Shown one piece after another: positions 50,140 through 63,649 of a DNA stretch of 64,000 nucleotides (the first letter of the stretch is position 1; each line of letters starts with the position of its first letter). The notes below the pieces were generated by a model. It made no database searches, was not told the origin of the DNA, and saw only the letters and a list, made by a program, of their open reading frames with translations. The stretch is from positions 69,006,001-69,070,000 of the forward strand of contig NC_058384.1 in the NCBI RefSeq assembly GCF_018350175.1. Direction: 5' to 3'. The DNA is from Felis catus. Its lineage: Eukaryota. The translations under genes were made by a program, and so were the position numbers.

Positions 50140-52357
50140 TAATTTTACTTTTATGTTTGTTTATTTTTGAGAGAGAGACAGAGACAGAGCATGAGCAGGG
50201 AGGGGCAGACACACAGAATCTGAAACAGGCTCCAGGCCCTGAGCTGTCTGCACAGACCCGACGTGGGGCTCGAACCCACGAACTATGGGATCATGACCTG
50301 AACTGAAGTCGGATGCTTAACCGACTGAGCCACCCAGGCGCCTACCTTATTTTATGATTTTTAGGTAGGCTCCATGCTGAGCATGGGGCCTAAGGTGGGG
50401 CTTGAACTCACAATCCTGAGATCTAGACCTGAGCCGACATCGAGAGCCGGACATTTAACTGACTGAGCCACCCACGTGCCCCTTATTTTAAACATTAAAC
50501 AAATATATATTTATTTATTTTGGGGAAAGCTCAAGTGGGGGAGGGGCAGAAAGAGGGGGACAGAGGATCCCAAGTGGGCTTTATGTTGACAGGCTGGCTG
50601 CAGCGAGCCCAGTGCGGGACTCGAACTGAGGATCCGCTACATCATGACCTGAGCCAAAGTCGGGCACTCAACGGACTGAGTCACCCCTGTGCCCCACATT
50701 CTGTATTTTAAAAATGTTGCAGTTGTTTTAATTTAACTCTGTGTTACTTTGAATAATTTCCAAGTGTGTCTTTCCTTTGATGATACTTCCCTTAGCAGGA
50801 AAATTACTTCCATACCCTTAGTCTCACTCTTTCTTCCCTCCTGTCTCGTTGTCTTGACAGCTCCTAATATTCAGTTAATTCTGCTTTTGTGTAAGTCCCC
50901 AAGCCAAAGGCCAGCTCTCTTATCCTTCAAGTGCTGTTCCTCAGGCTGATGATGACATCCTGTGCCAAGGCCCCTTGGCTCTAGCTCATCTATTGCCAGA
51001 GTCCAGATGCAAATGCCATCCGCCCCCAGGAGACTCTGTTCTCCAACCAATCACTCTTCTCGCTCCCTTTCCCTCCCCGTTTGGCCTTTCAGATAATCAG
51101 TTTAGCCAATTTGACTCCACATATCTCAGGCATCATCCTGATTTGTTTCTCTTGGGTTTATTTCTCTTCTCATTTGAGTGCCTTCTCTCAGACTGTTTTT
51201 TTTTTTTTTTTTTAATGTGTATTTTTGAGACAGAGAGAGACAGAGTGCGAGTAGGGGAGGGGCAGAGAGAAGGAAGACACAGAATCTGAAGCAGGCTCCA
51301 GGCTCTCAGCCATCAGCACAGAGTCTGACTTGGGGCTCAAACTCATGAACCGCGAGATCATGCCCTGAGCCGAAGTCGGACGCTCAACCAGCTGAGCCAC
51401 CCAGGCGCTCCAATATGTTTTCTAATGTTAAAACCATTCCCGCATTCATGACATAAACTTAGTCATCATGTATTTTTTTTTTAAGTTTATTTATTTATTT
51501 TGAGAGACAGAGAGCAGGGGAGGGGCAGAGAGAGAGAGGGAGGCAGAGAATCCCAAGCAGGCTCCGTGCTGTCAGCACAGAGCCCGATGTGGGGTTCAAA
51601 CCCACAAACCACGAGATCATGACCTGAGCTGAAATCAAGAGCTGGATGCTCAACCGACCGAGCCACCCAGGAACCCCATGATGTTTAACGCCAGATTCCA
51701 TTTGCTGACATTCGATTTTTCATCTTTAAGCATAATTGAGATGGCCTTCCAATCTTCCTTTCTTATACAGGACATTTCTGGTGTCTGGTATCTAGTACGC
51801 AGATTTGGCTGTATAACAGACACCAAGAGTGTCAGTGGCTTGAAGGAGGGGGAAGTTTACTTCTTTGCCATGTGCTCTCTGGGGCTTGGTGGTCTAGGGC
51901 TGGTTTCGTGGTTCTGCTCAGCTCTTCCTAGTTTGTATGGTCAAAGTTGCTCATCTCTTTTCTAAGCAGCAGCATGAGTCGGAAGTTGCATATACCTCCT
52001 GTCTTCTCTTGGCCAGAGCTCAGTCAGGGGCTACGGGAGAGCACGGCCTTATTTGAACTTCCAAGTAAGGGGTCTCTTGCTGTGGGAAGCAAGGGGAGAA
52101 CAGGTAGTAGGACAACTAGCAGTTGTCTTCATACCTGCCACATAAAGTTGGGCAGTATTTCCTCTTTTTTGTTTTGGAAATGTAAGTTTGTGTAAGTTTT
52201 TTTTCCTCTTGATTATTTGATAAACTTGCCCCTAAAAATCATCTCTGTTTTATTTTTAATTTTTATCTTTGTTCTGTAGATTTATACTACTGACCGATTT
52301 CTTTATGGTTATAGGTCTTCAGAGTTTTTTCTCTCTTAGTGTTGATAAACTTATGTG

Positions 52358-52406
<49 letters not shown>

Positions 52407-55400
52407 TTTCCTGCAGAACTGCGCATTTTATGTAATTTTTGAAATTTCTATCTCAGCTTTATCTGGGGGAATCTGGTTAATCTGGTTCAAAGATGTGGGC
52501 CTTCAAGTCCAGTTTGCTTCCTTTTCCTAAGTGCCCCAAGGCCATTACTAGTTTAACACCACCTTTTTTTTTTTTTTATGTTTATTTTTGAGAGAGAGAC
52601 AGAGTGTGAACAGGGGAGCGCCAGAGAGAGAGGGAGACACAGAATCCAAAGCAGGCTCCAGGCTCTGAGCTGTCACCACAGAGCCCAACGTGGGGCTCCA
52701 ACTCACCAACCAACTCACCAACCGAGAGATCATGACCTGAGCCCAAGTCTGACACTTAACCGACTGAGCCACCCAGGTGCCCCATTAACACCACTTTTTA
52801 CGTTAATTTCTTGCTTTGGGATTTTCTGGACCACTCCAGCCCTGTAAACTAAAATCCCAAATTTGCATGAAAGCAGGCCCATGGTTAACATTTCTCTAGG
52901 AAAACCATTTTTTCCCATGTAAACCCAGATCAAGAAATACAAGCTTGTAATCTCATTTGACTGGTGGGAGATTTTTCTTTCAGGCCATTTTTTTCACTAA
53001 AGGGGAGTAGTCTTCTGAGGGTCTTTGCTTCACGTAGGGGACTTTCCAATTCCCAGTTACTTGCAGATAAAAAGACTTATCTCTTCTCAGTTGATCCTTA
53101 AGAACTGGAGTTCTTTGTTTCCTGAGACCAGAAACCATGCCTTCCCAAGGACAGCTGTGGTATGTGTTCTTCGTGCGTACTTGGTTTTTCATTCTTCCTT
53201 TGCGTTGGGCCTGAGGGTTGCCTTTACTTTCTTGTGAGCTTAGCTATGAACTTAACAAGTATGACTGTCATATCTTAACCAGATAGAAATGGAAGTCTGA
53301 GTCTTTTTTCTTAACACAATAACTTTAGTATATGTCTTGGTTTTGATAATTCAGGGTCATTTTTCTCTTGGAATATGTTGTACTCATTAGATCTAGAGTC
53401 AGATGTTTATTTTAGATTATCTTTTTCGATTTGCTTTGTTCTCTTCTTTAGGAATACCAGTTCCATGTTGGTTGGACTTTGAGTTTGCCACATCTCACCT
53501 TCTATCCAAAAATGACGTTTTCATTCTTGTGTTTTTCCAGTCCCCTTTCCTGATTTTCTCAAACCTATTCATTATGCTGATTTTGTTTTCCATTGTGTTT
53601 ACTTTAAAATATGGTCTTTATCTATGTAATGTTCTGATCTTTCCCTTTTATTTCACTCTGGAATTCTTCTAATTCTCCCTTCTCCACCTACTTTTGCTAT
53701 ATAATCTTTTCTTTGAAGCTTTGTATCTCTTTTTAAAACTTATTTTTAGAAAGGATGTTGCGTTACATGAACTTTTTAAGAAGATGATCCTTTCGGGGGC
53801 GCCTGGCTGGCTCAGTAGGTGGAGCACGTGACTCTCGATCTCAGTTTAAGCCCCGTGTTAGGTGTAGAGATTACTTAAAAATAAAATGTTAAAAAAAAAA
53901 AAAAAAAGATCCTCGGGGAGCCTGGGTGGCTCAGTCTATTGAGTGTTCGACTTTGGCTCAGGTCATAATCTCATGGTTCGTGGGTTCGAGCCCCATATGG
54001 GCCTCTGTGGAGCCTGGAACCTGTTTCGGATTCTGTGTCTCCCTCTGCCCCTCCCTGACTTGCGCTCTCTCTCTCTCTCAAAAATAAATAAATATTAAAA
54101 GATAGAAAGATCCTTTTGGGTAATTATTTACTTTGAGTGGAGCCACTTACCGCCTGAAGGGTGGTGTGCTGTAGAGTGGGTGGGAGTGCAGTGGCTCTGC
54201 TGTACCTGAGGGTGTGTGGAGGGAGATGTGTCCTCTCAGTGTTTGGAGAGAGGGAGATTTGGGAGATAGGGTCGCGTCCCAGTAGCACTTGGTGGCACGC
54301 AATCTGACATTCTCTGCCTCTTGTTCTGCTCTGCCCACCCCGGTTCATCCTTGACCAGGAGGCCATGTGACAAAGCAGTAGGACTGTCATGCCAGCATGG
54401 TTTCTTCTTAAGCTACCCCTTCCCTGCTATCCTGTCAAACAACGTCTCCAGGGAAGCCTCTCCTCAGCCTGTTCTCAGTGTTACTGCTTCCGTCAAAGGG
54501 ACATTGGCTATGTTCTATCCAAGGGCTCGGGGAGCATGTTTATGCTGTCACGGAATGCCCTTGCTTAGACTCACACATAACAACGCTTGGCAGGTGCCTT
54601 CAGGATGTGTGGCTTACAGCTATACAAGTTTCATTAAACATGGTCTTTTCTTCCCTTTACGTGTTGTTTCGTTTGGTGATTCTTAGTGAGGTTCTGAAGT
54701 GGACAAATAAAAAATACCTCCACTTTGCCACCCTTCTCTGAGGGTTTCCAGAATCATCTTTTTTATTTTAATTAAATAATTAAATAATTAATTTTTAAAT
54801 GTTTATTTATTTTTTAGAGAGAGAGAGAGAGTGTATGGGGACAGAGGATCTAAAGTAGGCTCTGCGCTGACAGCCCGACACAGGGCTCGAACCCACAAGC
54901 TGTGAGATCATGACCCGAGTCAAAGTCGGAAGCTCAACCAACTGAACCACCCAGATGCCTGGGAATCATCTTTTTTTTTTTTTTAATCTTTATTTATTTT
55001 TGAGAGAGGAAGAGAGACAAAGCATGAGTGGGGAGGGGGCAGAGAGAGAGAGGGAGAAACAGAATCCGAAGCAGGCTCCAGACTCTGCACTGACAGCAGA
55101 GAGCCTGATGCAGGGCTCGAACTCATGAGCTATGAGATCATGACCTGAGCTGCAGTTGGACGCTTAACTGACTGAGCCATTCAGGTGCCTCTCATCTTTC
55201 TTTCTTTCTTTTTTTTAAAATTGTTGTTATTATGATTTTTTAAGTAGGCTCTGTGCCCAATGTAGGGCTTGAACTCACAAACCTGAGATCAAGAGTCACA
55301 TGCTCTACCGACAGCCAGCCAGGTGCCCTGCTCCCCCAGAATCATCTTTCAGACCTAAATTAGATTATGCCATTCTTTTTAAAAAATGTTTTTAATGTTT

Positions 55401-55532
55401 ATTATTTTTCAGAGAGAGAGAGAGACACGGAGTGTGAACAGGGGAGGGACAAAGAGAGGGAGACACAGAATCCGAGATCATGGCCTGAGCTGAAGTCAGA
55501 TGCTCAACTGACCGGGCCATCCAGATGCCCCT
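50140..55532. mobile_element. Dense CanSINE field (about 13 copies: 50140-50343, 50350-50483, 50505-50694, 51197-51410, 51472-51678, 52563-52783, 53795-53908, 53915-54100, 54765-54961, 54968-55190, 55225-55329, 55372-55532) in L1M/MLT relics
   Basis: Repeated SINEC bodies in an AT-rich L1M-like matrix; MLT-like segment at 51780-52130. Confidence 0.82.
52357..52403. repeat. (AC)n microsatellite
   Basis: Direct read. Confidence 0.95.
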
Positions 55533-55539
55533 ATGCCAT

Positions 55540-58170
55540 TCTTTTACTTAAAGCGCTCCAATGGCTTCCTGTTGTACCCAGAGTAAAACCCAAAGTCCTT
55601 ATGCTGGCCTACAAGGCTCTGCATGATTTGGCCCCTCCTGACCTCCTCAGTTCCATCTCATGCCCTTCTCCCTTTCACTATCCATGGCCCACCCACACCG
55701 CTCTTTTCTCCTTTCACACCCCAAACTCCTTCCCATCCCTGGGCCGTGCCTGGAGTGCACACCCTCCCCTCCCCGTGTGGGTGACTCCTCATCTGTCAGG
55801 CCTCTTCCTTCACAAGTCCTTTCCTGGCTTCCCCGCCCAGGCGACGATTCTGTCTTGTGCCCCTTGTTTGCGTTCATAGCCCTTGCTACAACTTGCACTT
55901 TATATTTGTGTCCCGTCTTCCCTGTTTGATTACATGCTCCACTGGGGCCAGGGATATGTCTGTTTTATTCACTGATGTGTCCCTCGGGCCTACTGCAATG
56001 TCACCACCAAATAAATATTTGCTGAGTGCATGCATAAGGAACGAGCTGAAGAGTTGGATCCTTGAGAGCCACACTGAAGAGTTTAAGTGATGTGTTGGTC
56101 AGTAGAGAGACGTAGAAGGTTTTTGAACAAGTGAGTGACAGAATGGATACGTGGATACGTGGTGACTCCCTGAAGAAGGGAGTCCAGGCAGAGACTGGCC
56201 AGGAGGCAGCAGCTGCAGGCACAGAGAGGAAGGATCAGCGAGGTGGGTTCCCAGGAAAGTCCAGCCGCACTGTGGCTGGCAAGGCTGCCCGGCCTGGTCT
56301 GAGGCTTTATAGTGCAACGCAGAGATGATGCCCATGTTGGGGCCGGGATGTCTGGGGAAGTAGCAGGACCTGGGGCTGGGCTGGTGGATGTCTGAGTGCA
56401 GATTCAAACCCTTTCATTTTAGGAGTTGTCTACACTGAAGGATGATGATGCTCTGAGAAACAGGGAGAGAGAGAGAGGAAGGAGACAACTAGAAACAAGC
56501 AAGAGAGAGAAGTGTAGAGACTAATGACAGCCCCACCAGCAGGCATAGGAACAGGAAGAGGAGCCAGGAAGTAGCCAGGGAAGGGGCTTGAGGTGGAGAG
56601 GTGGCCGTGAAGGTGACTGAGGAGCGGGGCTCCTGAGTTCAGATCCTGGCTCTTTACTTAATCCCCCGAGCTTCTGTTTTCTGATCTATTAATCACAGAC
56701 ATTGCCCACAGTATAGGGAGGTTGGGAGGATTAAGTTAGGTAATGTATGCATTGTACTTAAAACAATGGCTACACAGAGCAAGCACTCAGTAAACTTTGG
56801 TTTCTTCCCTCCTACCTGCCTGCTGCCCTCTTTCTTTCTTAAGAGCAGATGTTTAGCCCAAAGCTGTGCAGGTTCAGAAAGTCATTTTTTTTTTTTTTAA
56901 TCACTTCACTTAGTGATGATCTTGTTCTGAGAGATTAATTCTTCTTCATTCTTACAACTGCGTGGGAAACCCGAACATTCGAGAAATCAGCTCAATTTCT
57001 TCCCAGGAGGAAAGTCCCTTTGAGAATCCAAATGCAAGCCAGAGGCTAGTTGGTGAACAGAGAGCCAGGGTGACTGGAGGTGGGTGGTCTTAATGGGTTA
57101 CCTGAGGAAGCCGGCAGGGTGGGGTGAGTGTCTACCCCTCTGCACGGAGTCGGTTTGTTTGTCTATGAGATGGAGTATAGGGAGGCATTGAACTAGGTCA
57201 GCAAAACTCCACTGTTTTTGCAGCTGGACCTGGGTGTTTTGCCAATTTTAGTGGGAAAAGTATGATGATTTCAAAGCTAGGAGAAACAATCAAGCGTATG
57301 AACAGGTTTTTCTCAATTTTAAGATTGACTTTACTATTATTATTATTTTAAAGTTTATTTACTTATTTTGAGAGAGAGTGGGAGAGTGAGTGGGGAGCAG
57401 CAGAGAGAGAGGGTGAGAGAGAATCCCAAGCAGAGGTTGGGTCAGTGTGGATCCTGACATGGGGCTGGATCCCATGACCCTGGGATCATGACCGGAGCCA
57501 AAATCAAGAGCCGGGTGCTTAACTGAGTCACCCAGGTACCCCTGATTTACTTTATTATTTTTTTCTAAACTTTTAATATCTGATATTAGCAGATGACCAA
57601 ATGAAGTTTCAAAGGACAAATAAATATTAACAAGGAAAACGGGGATAAATTATTGTTCTTTTTATTTTAGTTTTTAAATGTTTATTCATTTTTGAGAGCC
57701 AGAGAGACAGCATAGAACAGGGGAGGGGCAGAGAGAGGGAGACACAGAATCCAAAGCAGGATCCAGGCTCCGAGCTATCAGCACAGAGCCCAGTGTGGGG
57801 CTCGAATGCACGAACCCTGAGATCAGGACCTGAGGCAAAGTTGGATGCTTAGCCAACTGAGCCACCCAGGCGCCCCTAAAGTATTGTCCTTATGTTTTAG
57901 GGGCTGTATGGGGTTTGATTGTACTTTCATGTTGCTGAGATGTCAGACAACCCCATCTTGGCAATGATGTTGGTTCTAACTGTATGTCATGATTTCTTCT
58001 ACTGCTGTATCTAAAACACTCATTGGGTGCTCACTCTGTGCTTTATATGTGTCATCTTATTTGATCTGTGAGGGGTGTGATAGCATCCTCACAATACAGG
58101 AGAGGAAACTGATGTTTTGAGGGAGATTAAGGACCGTCTGTAATGTCAATGGCTAGTGTAGTGACTGTGG
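55540..58170. mobile_element. L2 (55540-56400), MIR (56620-56800, 57990-58170), CanSINEs 57335-57543 and 57660-57877 (-)
   Basis: L2 3' end aataaatatttgctgag at ~56010; MIR cores; SINE bodies. Confidence 0.7.
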
Positions 58171-60639
58171 TAACTTTCATCCTTCTTCTGGTGAGAGTCC
58201 CTTGACCACAGAGCTGGGAACCTGACCCACCCTGGCCAGTCATATCACCCTGACTCCCTAGACACTGGGATTGGTTCCTGGCTAAGTGTGTGAACCAAGC
58301 AGGGCCCATGAGGGCTCTTCCTGGGAAGAGCACTGGGTTTATAAAGCTGGGACAGACTGTGGCTACATTCCTTGTTCTGCTGTGGTAAGAGTAAAGCCAA
58401 CGTGCAAAGAGATGAACAGGGATGAGAGAAGGATGGGTGGATGGATGCATGGTGCTGAGTCCCCTGTTCTAGCCCCAAGGCGATGGTTCATGGATCCTTT
58501 GAATTATCTCGGTGACATTACCAGCTATGTAACACAGTACATTCCCTTTTTTGCCTCATTGAGCTTCTGTCTCTTACAGCTGGAAGACCCTGACTGATAG
58601 AATGAGAACATGGTGAGGTCAAGGTGAAAACCCAGAATTCAGCGTCTTCTCTGCTGCCACCGTTTCCTGGCATTGCACATCGATCTCTTAAAACGTCTCT
58701 CTTTAAACCACCTCCTCATGAGCAACACTGTAATTTTTAAAATCACTGTTCACCTTCCTCAGTCAACTTTCTTCTTTTTGAAACGGCCCTGTTCCCTTTC
58801 TGAGATTCGAGAAGCTCCTGGGTTCATCAGAATGCGTCTCTCATGTTGGGTGTTTCCGGGAATAGCGTTAGTCTTTCTGCTTTATGTTGATTCCTGTTGG
58901 CACCAGTCTTACCAAGTAACGTCTTCCACCCTTGGAACCTCCATTCTGGCAAACGGTAGAGCTTTGCCGACCCAGGCCTGCTGCTTGCTGGGAGAGCAGC
59001 TGGCCCCCAGGCTGCGAGGCTGTGAGGGAGCTGCAGGCAGGGGTGGGGGCAGGGTGAAGAGTCCCAGGCTTCTGAGTCAGACAGACACCAGACCTCAGGA
59101 GCTACAGGCCTCTGTACACTGACTCTGTAAAGAGTTGTGGGGAGGGGAGGCCAGTCCCCAAACCCGAGGTCCAGCAGTACAGGGGACTGTCTGCTTTCTT
59201 CACGAGGACACGGATGCTGGTGGGCGTGGCTGGAGGTTGGGGGCACAAGAAGTGGTTTGTTCCTGACCAGATCCCCTGAGGAATGAGCCTCGTTAAGGGT
59301 GTGCTCCTCTCCTGCTGCTTCCTGAACTGACCTTCCCCACCTCGGCACAGAGGGCAGCTGCCCAGCGGGGCTGGGCTCACCAGGGAGGTGAGGAAGGTGC
59401 TGACTGAGAAAGCAGGAGCCACAGCTAGACTCTCACCTCTTCCTTGTTGACAGGGGGAAGAGCAGAAGGGCTCCTCCCCGCTAGAAGCCCTTCTGGGCGG
59501 TGGGGAGCTAAACTGCCTCTTTCCCCAAGCACTGGCATGGGCAAGGAGGCATCTGGTGACACTGGAGAGAGTTGGGTGGGTACAATGGTCGCAAGTTGGC
59601 ATCTAGAAGGTTTAGGGGGGGCAGATACAGCCTGGTCTGGAACTGTGGTGTTGAAGGAAGGGGGGAGGACGGTGGCAATGAGGGACAGCACTGGCCATTC
59701 GCTAGACATCTGCTCTTCATCAGACACTGGGGACACTGGGAATGAACGATACTCATTCTATTTGTCAGCAGCCCAGGCTAGTGGGGGGAGACACATAAAG
59801 AAACAGTCTCATAAAAGTTGCTGTTGTGGGGAAGGGGGCCAGAAGAACCCCTAAAAACTACGTGCGTGTGCGCTCTAGCATTTGGGGAGGCTGGAGAGCA
59901 GATTCGGGTGGTGCACAGAGGAGGTGATCTTTGAGCGACAGGGGACAAACCGAGATAATGAATGGCTTAGGAAGGGCCCTCAGGCATGGGAGCCTGTGGC
60001 CTGTGCGTCAGCGAGCTTGGTCCGCGGGGAAGGCGTGTCGTGCTTGGTGGCCTTCTCCTCAAAGTTATAAGACATCATTATGTTTTCACCTGAGGGGTTA
60101 CATGCTCAGATTTGGATTTAGGAAGATCAGCCTGGCAGAGCTGAGAAGGGGTTGGAGCAGGGGCAGGGGCAGGGGCAGGGTGGGAGGGGAGTCCAGCTGT
60201 GCGTACAGCGGCTCAGGAACGGTGACGTGACAGCATCTCAGGCAGTGACAGAGATGAGTGGTATTGAGTAGGCAGGTGGCCTGACCACCGTCTGGAGGGC
60301 AGTGAGGGGGAAGCAGGAGGCTAGGAGGACAGCCAGCTTTCATCAGGTGGTTGGTGGTGTCATTTGTGGCCAAGAGGGGTCCTAAGGGAGGTGGGAGGTC
60401 CAGTGAAGGCTTCTTTTAAGCTTGCTTAAAATAGAGGCCGAGTGCAATTGGAGGCAAGAGAAAAGGGGTGGTTGGAGATGCCAGACCAGAGCAGGTGCAG
60501 GATATGGGCCCCTGGGCACTGGTGAAGTTGAGAAGTGAGTCCAAGAGGCTAGGGGTGGGTGTGGGGAGAGAATGGCAGAGAGACCGAGGGTGGTCAGTGT
60601 GGAAGTTGGAAGGTTAGCGCTCTCGGGGTTCTTAATGAT

Positions 60640-60830
60640 TGGGGCTTATAGAGGGAGTTTACCATTTGACCACCTATGTGCAAGCCGTATCTTGTTAATT
60701 GTGTGAACTTGGGCAAACTTCCCTGAGCCTCAGTTTCCTCCGTTGTCAAGTGGGTGAGATTGTACCAGCTTCCGGGATGGTGGTGTAAGTTAAATGGAAT
60801 AATACGCCGAGATTGCCTTGGCACCTGTGC
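60640..60830 (+). mobile_element. MIR
   Basis: gtgtgaacttgggcaaacttccctgagcctcagtttcctc. Confidence 0.8.
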
Positions 60831-61276
60831 CCGGTAACCTCAGCCCCGCACCCCTCCAGCACCAGCTCATTGCGTGGTGGGATCATCAGGCTTTCTGGTG
60901 CCGACTATGCGAACAGGGGTAGTTAGACAAATTATTCAATGCAGTTTGTTATGAGAAAATATTTCAAAGCATATTTTGGGGGGTAGAAGGATAATAGATG
61001 TTTGTGGTGAAAGGGTGGAGGCTCGGAGGTGTGGTGGCCCTGGCGGGGGTCTCACGGTGGGCCCACAGCCCCAACCCTGCAGCCGTTTCTCTTTCGGCCA
61101 AAGGGCCCTGGGGAAAGGGGTGTGTGGGCACAGCTGGTCAGTGCCCAGCCCCTCACCCCAGGCTCTTCATCCAGCTTCCGTCAGAAGTCCGCCTGTGCTG
61201 CTCAGCAGGCTGTCCAGGGAACACCTTGCAAGTCAGGCAGGTGTGAGGGTGTGGGTGTGGGAAGGCCCCTTGGAGG

Positions 61277-61414
61277 TGAGTCAGCACTGCCTCCTCCTGG
61301 GTGAGTCAGGAGCAGGGCAGGCAAGGGCTGGGGAACAGGTCAGGTGGGAGGGAGGACGTGGAGCAGGGAGGGACCAGCCCGCAATGACAGGTCTCAACCA
61401 CCAGGGGGCAGGAG
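61277..61414. promoter_or_regulatory. Candidate enhancer/insulator: AP-1 pair (61277-61283, 61302-61308) plus CTCF core CCACCAGGGGGCAG (61398-61411)
   Basis: Consensus-matching motifs in unique, non-repeat DNA. Confidence 0.55.
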
Positions 61415-62859
61415 CCAGGCGGGGAAAGCCAGCCACCCCGGGGGCCGGTCGCCTGCGGCTGCAGAGCTGGGAGGAGGGGAAGCCTGGACCCAGCATCTCA
61501 GGCTGGGACGGGCAGAGTCACTGCCAGGGACGTGACCAAGGCCCGGCGGTGCCCGCTGCCCGGTTGTGACCGGCTTCTCTGCCTTCAGGGCTACGGGGAG
61601 GATGTGGACCGGGGTTGGACCCTGGGGCCGTTCTATTCAACCCTCCTGTTCTGCTGACTGGGAGGGAGTTGCTCAGGTCACACTGTGCGTTAGTGCAAAT
61701 TAATGTCCCGGCTCAGGAATACAGCCACTTGCTGGGCCCCATCCCGGCCTGGCCTCCTGCTTAGGGACAGGTGTCTGGGTGCTGACCCTGGCTGTGAGCT
61801 GCTCTCCGCTCTCACATCCCCTCACAGTCCCTCTGTTTCTGTGGCTCTCTGACCTTCTCTCCCAACTTCCGAGTCCCTGTCCCTGCCGCTGGGGGAGCGT
61901 GCTCAGCTGCCTCCCCAGGGGTTTGTGGCTGTTTTCTAGCCCAGTGTCTCTGTGCCACTCCTGGGATCTGGAGAAGTTTTGATTTGGTAGCAGAACCAAT
62001 GGTGTGATGTTGGGAGGTGAGATCGCCCCTTGGCTCCTAAATACTATCCCAGTGGGGGGCTCCCCAGTGCCCCCCATGGCTTTGAGTAACCACAAGCACT
62101 GGTTGGGTGTGGGTGAGACCCTTTGTTCCTGCAGGAACGGGTAAGACCCAGTCCCTGCCCAGTGAGCTCACCATGTGGGGGTGAGGGCAAGAGAAGACAA
62201 GCCCTCAAGTGATTCAACTGGGGCAGATTGTCTAGTGCGCAAGGACAAAAGGAGCCCGTGTGTGGGACAGCAGGTAGATGTGGAGTCTGGCTGGGCCTGG
62301 GAACCCTCCATGGAGTAGGTGGCATCTAACCAGACTTTGAGAGAGCGTTGGGGTTTTGGCAGGAGGACAGGTGGGGAGCAGGGGTGAGCAGAAGCGATGG
62401 GTCTCAGCGCACCGGGGGGACGATGGGCAGGCAGTTAGGGTGTGTGCAGAGGAGGCTGGAAAGCAGGGTGGGGGGCGGAGTCCACTCACGTCACTGCCAG
62501 GCTTGGCGGAGAAGGCGTGGGCACACTGCCACGTCTGAGCCCCATGTGAGCGGGTCCGGAGTGAAAATGGACAAAGTGCTTTGAAAGACAGTGGGCCTTA
62601 CCCTTGGGGTGAGAGACTTTATTTCAGGCTTTATGTGACATAGGGTTTGACAGGGAGGAGCAGTAGCATGAGGGGTCCAAGTGCCTTGGACAGGAGGGGA
62701 CACTGGGTGGCTGTGCAAATATGTGGGTTCCAAGGCCTGGCTTCACCTGCACGGTTCAGGCTTCCCCAAGTCCCATGGTGACCCCTGGAAGAAAGCAGCC
62801 TGGTTTCCCTCTGATCCCGTCAGCCCTTGGCCCCAGCTCCTCTGCGCTGTCTACCTCAA

Positions 62860-63320
62860 AGCTCCCAGGGTGGGCCCCGCGCAGGGTTTCCTCCCAGGCT
62901 GGGTAGGGGTTTCCGCTGCCCTGGCCTCCAGGGAGTAGGCTGGTGTCGCTGAGTCACTGCCTGGGCATCTGGGCCTGGAAGGGTGGGTGAGTCACCTAGG
63001 ACGCGGGGGGGGGGGGGGGGGGGGAGGGGGGAGGGGCGCTGGGGGAGGGGAAGAGGCTTCGGGACGTCTGGAGGACGGAGGGGAGATGGGCAGGCAGGAA
63101 GGGCGGTGCCCACACGGGTGGGGGGAGAGGGGGAGCTTGGGAGGGGGCAGCAAGAAGCCAGCTCTTCCCGGAGAGCCCCTCCCCTGGGCTGGGTCCCGAA
63201 CGCCCCCGCGGCGTGTTTGCCTCTCTCTGGGCAAGGGGAGGAGTCTGCAGGGATGGGGTGTGGGAGGGCGGAGGCCCGCCCGCGGCCCCTTCTCACTCAC
63301 CCACCCTCGGAGCTGGAGAA
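62860..63320. promoter_or_regulatory. GC/CpG-rich element with AP-1 pair (62950-62956, 62988-62994) and long G-run
   Basis: Motifs and base composition. Confidence 0.45.
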
Positions 63321-63581
63321 GGGCGCCAAGATTTCCCTTCTCCCTTCCAAACCTGCAGGGGCTTCCTTACTGTGCACACGGGCTACTGGTGTCCCTCCCT
63401 GCCTTCCTGCCTCCTTCCAGGCGCCTCCCTACCCAAAGGGGGCCTGTCAAGGTGTTTTCAGGCACATGCTTCCCCTCATTACCTTACCAAGGAGAATTGT
63501 GCTGCCAGCTCTGAAGCTTCCCTGACCCGCCCCAGTCAGCTCGAACACACGCGCGTGTGCACACATGCGTGCTCACACACT

Positions 63582-63582
63582 C

Positions 63583-63619
<37 letters not shown>
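63582..63619. repeat. (AC)n microsatellite in S100A2 promoter
   Basis: Direct read. Confidence 0.95.
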
Positions 63620-63623
<4 letters not shown>

Positions 63624-63649
63624 TCTGGGAAGTCCCTGGGTGCCTGTAG

